Assembly: GCF_009914755.1 (NCBI RefSeq)
Contig: NC_060930.1
Direction: 5' to 3' (one strand)
Source of the DNA: the human T2T-CHM13v2.0 reference genome, Homo sapiens
Length of the DNA: 64,000 nt
The notes beneath the pieces are model-generated. The model was not told the DNA's origin. It worked only from the letters and a program-made list of their open reading frames with translations, and did not search any database. Positions within the stretch are counted from its first letter, which is position 1. Each line of letters opens with the position of its first letter. The position numbers and the translations under genes are program-made. Positions 53,750 through 64,000 of this stretch are shown piece by piece.

Positions 53750-54774
53750 TTACAATTTGGTATGTTTTTGCAGTGGCTGGTACCGGTTGTTCCTTTCCAT
53801 GTTTAGTGCTTCCTTCAGGAGCTCTTGTAAGGCAGTCCTGGTGGTGACAAAATTTCTCAGCATTTGCTTCTCTGTAAAGGATTTTATTTCTTCTTTGCGT
53901 ATAAAGCTTAGTTTGGCTGGATATGAAATTCTGGGTTGAAAATTATTTTAAGAATGTTGAACATTGGCCCCCACTCTCTTCTGACTAATAGGGTTTCTGC
54001 AGAGAGATCCGTTGTTAGTCTGAAGGGCCTGCCTTTGTGGGTAACCTGAGCTTTCTCTCTGGCTGCCCTTAACATTTTTTCCTTCATTTCAACCTTGGTG
54101 AATCTGATAATTATGTGTCTTGGGGTTGCTCTTCTCGAGGAGTATCTTTGTGGTGTTCTCTGTGTTTCCTGAATTTGAATTTTGGCCTGTCTTGCTAGGT
54201 TGGGGAAGTTCTCCTGGAAAATATCCGGAAGGGTGTTTTCCAACTTGGTCCCATTCTCCCCGTCACTTTCAGGGACAACAATCAAACGTAGGTTTGGCCT
54301 TTGCACATAGTCTTATATTTCTTGGAGGCTTTGTTCATTCTTACTCATTTTTTTTCTCTAATCTTGTCTTCACGCTTTATTTCATTAAGTTGATCTTCAA
54401 TCTCTGATGTCTTTTCTTCCACTTGATCAATTCAGCTACTGATACTTGTCTATGCTTCAAGAAGTTCTTGTGCTGTGTTTTTCAGCTCCATCAGGTCATT
54501 TATGTTCTTCTCGAAACTGGTTATTCTAGTTAGCAATTCCTCTAACCATTTTTCAAGGTTCTTAGCTTCCTTGCATTGGGTTAGAACATGCTCCCTTAGC
54601 TCGGAGGAGTTTGTTATTACCCACCCACCTTCTGAATCCTACTTCTGTCAATTCGTCAAACTCATTCTCCATCCATTTTTGTTTCCTTGCTGGAGAGGAG
54701 TTGTGATCCTTTGCAGGAGAAGAGGCATTCTGGTTTTTGGAATTTTCAGCCTTTTTGTGCCGGTTTTTCCTCAT
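53750..54774 (-). pseudogene. Disrupted L1 ORF1 (RNA-binding/chaperone protein)
   Basis: Fragments MRKNRHKKAENSKNQNASSP... and ...RPNLRLI...ENFPNLARQ...RATPRHIIIRFTKVEMKEKMLRAAREK lie in different frames. Confidence 0.9.
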
Positions 54775-54994
54775 CTTCGTGGATTTATCTACCTTTGGTC
54801 TTTGATGTTGGTGACTTTCGGATGGGGATTTTGTGTAGACATCCTTTTTATTGATGTTGGTGATATTCTTTTCTCTTTGTTAGTTTTCCTTCTAACAGTC
54901 AGGACCCTCTGCTGCAGGTTTGCTGGAGTTTGCTAGAGACCCACTCCAGACCCTCTTTGCCTGGGTATCACCATCAGAGGTTGCAGAACAGCAA

Positions 54995-55080
54995 CCTGTT
55001 CCTTCCTCTGGAAGGAACAGATTGCTGCCTGTTCCTTCCTCTGGAAGGAACAGATTGCTGCCTGTTCCTTCCTCTGGAAG
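54995..55080. repeat. 33-bp tandem array of alternating inverted repeats in the L1PA7 5'UTR
   Basis: cctgttccttcctctggaag followed by (gaacagattgctgcctgttccttcctctggaag) twice. Confidence 0.9.
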
Positions 55081-58000
55081 CTTCGTCCCAGAGGGACACC
55101 CGCCAGATGATAGCCAGAGCTCTCCTGTATGAGCTGTCTGTCGACCCCTGCTGGGAGGTGTCTCCCAGTCAGGAGGCACAGGGGTCAGGGACCCACTTGA
55201 GGAGGCAGTCTGTCCCTTAGCAGAGTTCGACCACTGTGCTGGGAGATCCACTGCTCTGTTTGGAGCCCACAGGCAGGAACGTTTAAGTCTGCTGAAGCTG
55301 CGCCCACAGCTGCCCCTTGCCCCAGGTGCTTTGCCCCAGGGAGATGGGAGTTTTATATATAAGCCCCTGACTTTGGCTGCTGCCTTTCAGAGATGCCTGG
55401 CCCAGAAAGGAGGAATCTAGAGAGGCAGTCTGGCTACAGTGGCTCTGCCGAGCTGCAGTGGGCCTTGCCTAGTTTGAATTTTCCGGCAGCTTTGTTTACA
55501 CTGTGAGGGGAAAACCACCTACCCAAGCCTCAGTGATGGCAGATGCCCCTCCTCCAACCAAGCTTGAGCATCCCAAGTTGACTTCAGACTGCTGTGCTGG
55601 CAGTGAGAATTTCAAGCCAGTGGATCTTAGCTTGCTGGGATCTGTGGGGTTGAGATCTGCTGAGCTAGACCACTTGGCTCCCTGGCTTCAGCCCCCTTTC
55701 CAGGGGAGTGAACGGTTCTGTCTCACTGGCATTCCAGGTGCCACTAGGGTATGAAAAGAAACTCCTGCAGCTAGCTCAGTGTCTGTCCAAATGGCCGCGA
55801 TGGGCAGTCTTTAAAGAGAAGGTAAACGCATTTGAAAGGGCTTGATATGTTATAACTGTCATATTCCCAAATAAATTATTTCCAAGATTTTTATATACAA
55901 CTAAACTCTAGTCACACCATCCTTATAAATATAGTATTATATCCTCATAATTCAATTTATATGCAACAGTAAAATAGCACAGCTACTTCAATGAAAATAA
56001 AAAATGGACGTTGAAGGTTGAATAGACTTAAAATGGACTCTTAGGGACTATAAACTGTGTACCTTTGTGTATGTCATACATACAGTCTTTGTTGCCTGTG
56101 AACATTGTTCTTTTGAAAAGATTCACAATATTCCTAACATACTAATACCAAGTATATTGGAAATCAAAAGTGGCCAATAGATAATAATGCTTAAAAGCTG
56201 CTTCTTTCACCCAAATAAATTTCACGAGTGCATAGAAGTTTTGCCATTAAACTTACCACCAGAACTAGCTCCAAAATTCTGCAGCAGATATCTACGATTA
56301 CCTTGAACTCCTTGAAACATTAACTAAACACATTACAAAAGCATTACTCTAAGACAGACAGTGGAGAAAACTGGGTACCATTATATTTTTGTGCAAATCC
56401 ATTCTGTTCCCTCTCACTCATTTTTCAGTCTTTGCAAAATATCTCGAGCTTCCCTTCTGCTTCCACCATAATCCTGCAATGCCCTACTCTCCACCATGCA
56501 TTAAATTCATATCCTTATACATCTAGGTATCACCTGAGTTGCTTCAAAATCAAATCTTATCAAGAAGAGATTTGGCAATCTCTCAAGAACCATTCAGTCA
56601 AACACATTACTACAACTTGCTCTCTCCCTTGAGTATCCACATAACAAGTGACATGCTATCTTTCCTCTTTCTTTCTGCCTCAATATTCTTCATTGTAAGT
56701 TTCCAGAGCAGACAGGCTTTTTTTCCCCCTTTACTTAATTCATTTTGCATTACATTTAACTCAGTGATATGCACAGTCTGGTGCTAATTCTTACTGTGAA
56801 TAATAGAAAATACACTGAAATTCTATTTCCTATAGGGTCTCAATTTGGGTCTGTTTTCTCGGTAATACATTTTTTAATAGCAATTCAATAGTGAGCTAAA
56901 GAATTCCTTTGAGTTCAGGAACATCCCATTTGTCAATTTAGAGTAAAATACCTGAGCTCTTTTTTCCCCCTTTTCTATGAGCTTTTCTTTACTGCTGCAT
57001 GCTGTGCCTCCAATTTGCAGCCTAGCCTGTGAAAATACCACATTTATATATCTGAACACACCCAAAAATAAAAATAGAAGAGATTTACGGATGACAAAAC
57101 ACTGCTGTCTGGATTAAACTCTGTGGGCATGACTACAGGGAAGCCTGCACAGCTGATAAGGGTGGATATTTAATTTCTGCCTTATAGGAGTCTTAGTGGG
57201 AGATGGCATATCTCTGAAAACTTCAGAGGTGAAAAGCTGGTGATCATAATTTTACCCAAGTGGCTTTTTTTTTTTTGTATCGCAACTAACGTCGAGTAAA
57301 ATGTCTTTAAATGGGTTATTCTCATTACAGGGGTTCTATGCAGAACGGATCATCCTTCTCCAACATTGATCTGAATTGTTGAACAAAACTCCAGATTATC
57401 TTAGAAATATTTTTGTTATAACTTGGCAACAGGATGCTATAGAAAATGGGGGTGTAAACAGAAGTATAGAAGTCAGTTAAATTTTTCTCTTCAGAGTATC
57501 ATCTATCCCATCACTGCGATGACTACCTCATTGCCCTAATATTGGGTGACTATTTTATTATTATTTAAATCGAACAGTAAGGTATCTGAATAGGAGACAG
57601 GGAAATGCAGAGTAATGGTGCTTCATTTTCTTTCTTTCCTTCCTCCATTTTAAACATTATTTTCCAGCTTTAGTGGAAGCAATTCCATGCAATAAAAACA
57701 ATTTTACTTCTAACATGCATTAATTCATTCACTAAAAACGTGGTTAAATAGCCGGCTCCAACATCACAGTAAATGAAGCTAAAAGAATAGATAAATGGAT
57801 GGTATTGAAAGACTTTGAAAGTCTATGCTGAGCTTAGCTATTTATTTATATGCACACAGTGTGAAATTAATGAACATACTTTTGATGGCCAAGATTTCTA
57901 TTACTTTGAAATACTGTAATGTAGGTAAGTACATAAGAGTGTGTTTTAAAACACTATTACTGGAATCCATATCTTGTCTTTTCAGGGAATATATTCAGAT

Positions 58001-59104
58001 TTATTTGCTTCATTAATGAGAAACCTAATTTCATTTACGGTTGTGGAAACACACTCCAATGATAAGGCATATGGGCAGTTTTGCTTCATAGAAGTTTAAT
58101 TCCACCTCTTAAATGGAACAATACTTAAAATGCAATCGTTCTAAAATTTCTTGGCAAACAGTTTCCCCAAGCATTGGCCCAATTTTTTTCATCACTGCAT
58201 TTAAGTAAGTTCCCAGCTTTATTAAGACTTCAGGCTCTTTGTTGCCAAGAAAAAACCCTACTGAAAAAGCAAACAATAAGAGTTGGGTTTTCAAATAAAT
58301 TTTGGTTTGCTTAGGCTGTTTAAAATTTGGTTTGGAAGAAATCAAACATTATCCAAGCATCGAGAGAGATGAACTGTGTCAGAATACCCTTTTTATGAGC
58401 TTTTCAATTGAATTATTGCCTTTGGACTGAAAAAATATACTTTCATAATCATTGCATCAACCATCACATTATTTTAACTAGTCTTTAACAAGTAAAAAGG
58501 TGAAATTCAGCCAAATTACTTCAGATTTTTTATTCTACAAAAAATATCGGAAGATACTAAGTGGAAGATAAATTGTAATCCCCAAGGAAGTAATTTTTAT
58601 TGCCAGCCTGGCTTCATATACCAGAGGACTACATATCATCTACCAATGAACAATCAAATACTTCCTAAAGAAAACAATGAATCCCTTTGTGACATTTTGG
58701 TGTGCCTGACTATAAGTGGATACAAAATACCAAGCACTTAAAATTTCAATCTGTAGAGATAAATAGTGTTACATAAAAATTAAAGTTGAGAGGAAAAGGT
58801 GCCAGATTTTGTACTCAGAGTTAATGGTAAGCTTATTGCAAAATTCAGTAAATTCTGGCAAAAGGTCCAAGGGTCACATACCTGGAAGACAGTTTGATAA
58901 ATCATCTAGTGCTGTAGCCAATAGAAATGGCTTCCTTTCACTCTCTACCTTTGCTTTTCAGCTGTATAAATTTCTTCTCTATTTTTAAAGATTAAATACA
59001 CCAGGAAGAAAATATGATTTCACACTTTGACTATCCATATTATCATCAATCTCTGAAAACTCCTCCTTACTATACGTATAACTCAAATCTCTCAGATAGC
59101 GTAT

Positions 59105-59348
59105 TTTTTTGCATTTCTTCCAGTTCTAGAGAATAGCTAGCCACCATCATCAATTAGCTAACATTGTGTATTTTTTGAAGCTATTATGAAACCACTTTTT
59201 AATCACCTCACTTTCAAACTAAGTAATCCCAATTCCTTTAACCTGTCCTCAAAGGTCCCATTTTACAACTCTTTAATCATCTCTGTGGCTCTTCTCTGGG
59301 TTCTCTACAAGTTCCCCATATCCCTAAGAGGCTTTGGAGCCCAAAACT
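59105..59348 (-). mobile_element. L3/CR1 LINE fragment
   Basis: actaagtaatcccaattcctttaacctgtcctca...ctctttaatcatctctgtggctcttctctgg...ggagcccaaaact is a typical antisense CR1 RT segment. Confidence 0.65.
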
Positions 59349-60314
59349 CAGTAATAATTTGTCTTTCTTTCATCTGTTGTCATGTGGTGGCAGTTGTGGT
59401 TTTGGCTTCTCCTACGACCTAGATTGTAGACAATTTGAGGATAAACATTATGTTCTTTGCTTATGAAGCATTTCTGTTGATCGTAATTTCCTACAGAATT
59501 AGGTATATCACGGATGCTTACTCATTTGTTTTTTCTTCTGTTTTGTTTTGTTTACTGTAGCAGTCTCATTATCATTGAGTATAAAAGAAGCACCTCATGG
59601 CTTTTGTGTTACATAAACTTATTTATGTACTTTGAACCCCTTTCTTATTTTGATCTGCCATATAAAAGTCAAATGTCCATTCTGCTGAGGAGGCTCTCAA
59701 CACAAGTTCTATAGAATTTACCAGTTTTCAATTAAGACTTTAGGTTTTTTATTTGTCTTTCAGTAAACTAAAGGGAAAACAAGATATTTGTTAGTAAATT
59801 TTTGCCAATTTCTTTTCAAGTTGGAAATGTGTGATTTTATCAATTCAAACTGTGACGAAGACGGGGAAAAAAAGCCAAAACATTAATTTCTCTTTTATTT
59901 AAACACATTTGTACTAAAACTGAGTATGCGAAACACATGGAAAAAACCAGCACACACCAAGGAGAAGCATTTCTTAATTTGGGGTAAAGAGCTAAGGAAG
60001 AAATAGGAAGACTATTGAGCATGGAATCTAGACTATTAAAGTAATAGTAATAAATCATTGAAAATAAAATGATGACCAATGTACTATAGAGTTGAATAAA
60101 GAGTTTTCCCTAGAGAGAAATTTGGAGGACTGGACAAAAACAAACAAACAAAACAATTGTCTTACATTAAAGGCAAAAAAATAGTAATATTTCATACAAC
60201 CTAAATTACTTATTAAAAGTACTTTCAAAACACATTCATAGAAGGCAGAACTTTGTTGATCTGTCAAGAATTTTTTAGATTCTGAGTTGGACGTCAAGGC
60301 CATACCTTTATTGA

Positions 60315-61185
60315 ATTTATTCATTAAACATTTCTGTATTGAGTACCTATGATAAAACAGGGACTATTCTACATTTTAGAAATTTAGCAAGAAATAAACA
60401 AAATCTCTGCCCTCATGGAAGTTAAATTCTACTTATAGAATAAGTAAATAAAGAAGAAAATAGATAACTAACTAGTAGGTTGCATGTACCAAATGGAGAG
60501 AAAAAGATAAAGCAGGTAGAGAATGCCAGGGAGAGGCAGATTGTTGTTTTTACAGAGGATGGTCAGGAAAGGTCTCTCTGACATGATGCCATATTAGCAG
60601 AGAACTGCAGGAAGTAAGAAACTGAATCTTCTCAATCTTTGGGAAAAGGAATTTTCTAGCATAAGTACAAAAACTAGGAGGCTAGAGCATATTTGGTATG
60701 TTCAAGAAACATCAAGGAAGGCAGTATGACTTCAGAACAAACAATAAGAGAGAGGGGGAGACAGAGAGACAGAGAAGAGACAGAGGAGAGATAGTGAGGG
60801 CCAGATCAGATCATGTAAGATCCTTTAAACCTCTGGTCATCACTTTAGTTTATATTCTCAGTGAGATGGGAAGCCATTTGAGGACTTTTAGGCCAAGGAT
60901 GGATATAATCTCTCTTAACTTTCAAAATGATCACTTTGGCAACAGTATGGATAATGGACTATATGGCAGCCAAGTGTGAAAGTATTGAAATCAATTAAGT
61001 CTATTGTAAGTCTAAACAAGAGGTAATGGTCCACACTGCAGTGTGAACAGTAGAGAGGTTGAGAAGTAATCAGATTCTGGAAGAGCTGATAGGATTTTCT
61101 AACGGGTTAAATAAAGATGTGAGAGGAAGAGCAGAATCAGGATGATTCTAGTTTTAGACTTGACCCACTAAAAGAATGAAGATGC
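60315..61185 (-). mobile_element. L2a 3' region
   Basis: attcattaaacatttctgtattgagtacctatg...tctctgccctcatggaa...ggtcaggaaaggtctctctga...gagatgggaagccatttgagg. Confidence 0.8.
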
Positions 61186-61204
61186 AAAAGAGAGAATAGT
61201 AGTC

Positions 61205-62400
61205 CTTTCTTTGCCAAAAATCAGCTCTGCATAGCTGTGTCTATTTTGTTCCATTGATCTATGTGTCCGTCCCTCTACCAGGACCACTCTGTTTGGATTC
61301 CTGTAGACACAAAATCACATTGGGTTTGTGATTTCTCCAACCTTATCGTTTTCAAAATTGCTTAAGTAATTCTATGTATTTTGCCTTTCCATACTCATTT
61401 TAGAATGAGCTTGTCAAAAAATCATGCTGGGATTATGTTGGCAATTGCATTAAATCTATAGATCCATTTGGTGAATATTACTGTCTTTACTATGTTGATT
61501 ACTCCAATTCCTGACTACAGTATGTCTCTCCATTTATTTAGGTCTTTAATTTTACAAATCAGCATTGTTTGGATTTTACTATATACATCCTATGCATGTT
61601 TTCTTAGATTTACACCTAAGTATTTCTCTTTTGGAGGAATTATTCTAAATGATATTTATTTTTACTGTCAGTTTTTAATTACTCATTGCTAGAATATAGA
61701 ATTATAATTGTCAATTAAGTTGTGACAGATTAATTTCTTTCTGATTCGTATGCCTTTTCTTTTTTTTCATTTTTCTTTTTCTTTTGCCTTATTGTGCTGG
61801 GTGGCATTCCAGTAATATGTTGAATATGAATGGTAGAAGTGGACATTCTTGAATTGTTCCCCATCTTAGGAAGGAAGCATTCACTCTTCCACCATTAGGT
61901 GTGATACTATGATGTTATCTGTAGGCTTTTTTTTTTTTTTTTCGGAAATGCTTTTATGAGACTGACGATATTCTCTTCCTCTTCTAGTTTACAGAGAGAT
62001 TGTATCATGAATGGGATTAAAGCTTGTCAAATACTTTTTTCTGCATCAAACAGTATAATCACGTGCCTTTGCTTGTTTTGATTTTTAATTTGTAGAATAC
62101 TTCGATTTTTAAAATATGGATTAAGCCTTGCATTACTGGAATAAGGGAATAAAGTCCACTTAGTTTTAGTGTATTACTCTTCTTATATGTTGTTAGATTT
62201 GATTTGCTAGTACTGTATTGGGAATGTTTGTGTCTATGCTCATGGGGGATATTGTTCTGTACTTTTCCTACGGTAACTGTCTTTGGTTTTGGTATCAGAG
62301 TAATGCTGACCTTATAATATGAACTGGGAGTCTTCCCCTCCTCTTCTGTTTTCTGAAAGAAGTTGTATAAGATTAATATTAGTCTTTCTTTAAATATTTG
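61205..62400 (-). mobile_element. Old L1M ORF2 fragment
   Basis: ctattttgttccattgatctatgtgtc; ttgcattaaatctatagat; tggttttggtatcagagtaatgctgacc. Confidence 0.8.
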
Positions 62401-62566
62401 GCATGCTTATATTTTAAAAAATCATGTTGACAGAATTGAGGTGTATATGTAAAGTAGAATCAGGAAGGAGGCCACTAAAGTTATTTTCATGAGAGATAAA
62501 GCTGTCTTGGCTAAGTAGATAATTATAGGGATGTAAATAGACAATTATGTAACATATATATGTATA

Positions 62567-62767
62567 CTGGGTAGCATTCCAGTAATATGTAGAATATGAA
62601 TAGTAGAAGTGGACATTCTTGAATTGTTCCCTGTCTTAGGAAGGAAGCATTCAGTCATCCACCATTAGGTGTCATAGTATGATGTTATCTGTAGGGTGCT
62701 TTTTTTTTTTTTTTGAAAAGCTTTTATGAGACTGAGGATATTCTCTTCCTCTTCTAGTTTACAGAGA
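62567..62767 (+). repeat. Dispersed direct duplicate of 61797-61997 (offset 770 bp)
   Basis: About 200 bp aligned by eye with roughly 13 differences. The copies share private features such as the poly(T) run. Confidence 0.92.
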
Positions 62768-62939
62768 TGTATTTACAAATACATGTCGATTTGTATGTGT
62801 GTATACACACACACATGTAATTCCTAGGACACTTTCTGATGCATAACAGATAGTCAATCAATGTAGTTTTCTTTTTCATTTCCCCTAAGCTTAATTTTCC
62901 CCAGAAAATATAGATATAAATCAGAGTAACTCTTTAGAT

Positions 62940-63135
62940 CAGAGGCGGCCAAACTATAGCCTGTGGGCTACCTGCTTCTTTTTGTAAATACATTTTTTGG
63001 GGTCACAGCCATGCCATTTTATACAGGTTGCCCATGGCTGCTTTTGTGCCACAACACCAAGGTCGAGCAGTTGCAGTAGATACCATTTGGCCTGCAAGCC
63101 TTCGATATTTACAATCTGACAGAGTACCAACCCTG
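62940..63135. mobile_element. MER58A hAT MITE
   Basis: cagaggcggccaaactatagcctgtgggc...tttttgtaaata...cacagccatgcca...gagcagttgc...ccaaccctg. Confidence 0.75.
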
Positions 63136-63209
63136 TTTTTGCAAAGTCTCAGGCTGTGGATGATGTAATAATAGTAACATGCAACAGCTTTTAGCAGATA
63201 TTATCCCAC

Positions 63210-63910
63210 AGAATAAAAGGCAACATCCTTACGATTTCCTACGATGATCTACAACAACCTGCTACTCCACTCTCTGCCTTCCTTAATATGTCTCTGACTT
63301 CATCGCTTCTAACTCCCCCATCACCTACTCCTTGTCAGCTTTCTTATTCTTCTTCAAAAATTTAGACACACTTCCTTTTTGGGACCTTTCTTTGGAGATA
63401 TCCTCTGTCTAGAATTTTCTTCCTTCAAACGTTCCCAAGGGTCATCCCTCATTTCCTTCCTTTTTTTTTTTTTTTTTTTTGCTCAAATCTCTCCACCCAA
63501 CTCCACATTTTAGGAAAAAAACAATGTGGAGGTGCTTCTCGTCTCCCCAAGATCCTCTTCTGTTCAGCCAGATGTTTCCTGTATAAATGTTTGGATCTGC
63601 CTGTTCATTTTGGTGCGTGTTCTTGCTTCTTCTCCCACCACCCATGCCACCTTCTCACTCTGCCCCTGGCCTCCAGCCCACGGAGGACTACCTGGGGGTG
63701 AGGTTCCTGGGCCTTCCCTCTCCTGCCTTTCTTCTTTCTGTTGGTTGTCACTTCAGCTGGCTGTATTGCTTTTTAATATTGCACCAAAAGTTTTTTAGAT
63801 AAAATTTAAAAAAAAGGAAAAGGAAAAAAATTGGTTACAATTTGGTTCTTCTAAAGATATCACATTGTTTCTCTTTCTTAAGTGAAGTCCACCTTGACCA
63901 CCCTATTTTT
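63210..63910 (+). mobile_element. L2 fragment interrupted by a non-L2 insert (about 63492-63870)
   Basis: ccctcatttccttcc...gctcaaatctc [insert] ...agtgaagtccaccttgaccaccctattt follows L2 consensus order. Confidence 0.55.
63530..63830 (+). pseudogene. Probable processed-mRNA 3'UTR retrocopy fragment
   Basis: A GC-richer, pyrimidine-rich UTR-like block ending in a degenerate poly(A) signal (agataaa, 63797-63803) and an A-rich tail (63808-63830). It sits inside an L2. The parent gene is not confirmed. Confidence 0.6.
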
Positions 63911-64000
63911 ATTAGATTCAGGGAACTCTAAACTAATCCCTAAAACTTTAGGAATTGCCAAATCCCTAACAATTTTTCAAAAACCCTTTAACATAAGCCA

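Larger units (their letters stand above)
49596..55798 (-). mobile_element. L1PA7-like, near full length (~6.2 kb), first few hundred bp of the 5'UTR missing
   Basis: The 3' end ttctgagatacatgtgcagaacgtgcagg...catctacattag is L1PA7-type. ORF2, ORF1 and the 5'UTR are colinear up to ccaaatggccgc at about 55798. Confidence 0.92.

Noticed and set aside
49737-54774. L1 ORF1/ORF2 fragments as an active retrotransposon
   Set aside because: Multiple frameshifts, an Alu fragment inside ORF2, an altered RT catalytic motif and a missing 5' promoter end.

Overview
AT-rich, repeat-dense primate genomic DNA, most likely human or another hominoid (AluY, THE1, L1PA7 and MLT2A1 are present). It reads as intergenic or deep-intronic sequence. 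I find no credible protein-coding gene, RNA gene or CRISPR array. The long ORFs in the track are L1 ORF1/ORF2 remnants, Alu-derived frames or microsatellite artefacts. Roughly half the window is recognisable interspersed repeat: about 12 Alu insertions, a near-full-length L1PA7 (-), a convergent L1PA15/16-like element (+) that lacks ORF1, older L1M/L1PB/L2/MIR/L3 pieces, MaLR and ERVL solo LTRs, and Tigger/MER DNA transposons. Subfamily names are from my recall of consensus sequences, not from a search. The best leads are structural rather than a new gene system: (i) an AluJ whose central linker expanded into a ~465-bp purine tract with an ~80-bp higher-order repeat, inside an intact Tigger; (ii) a twin-primed L1 with a duplicated inversion junction; (iii) an ORF1-deleted L1 with seven ~112-bp 5'UTR repeats; (iv) a hairpin-generated 33-bp array in the L1PA7 5'UTR; (v) a ~200-bp locally templated duplication; (vi) a 3'UTR-like mRNA retrocopy inside an L2; (vii) CpG-retaining, promoter-like unique islands with minus-strand splice signals that could mark an unannotated, possibly germline, transcript. 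Lead (vii) is inference only.
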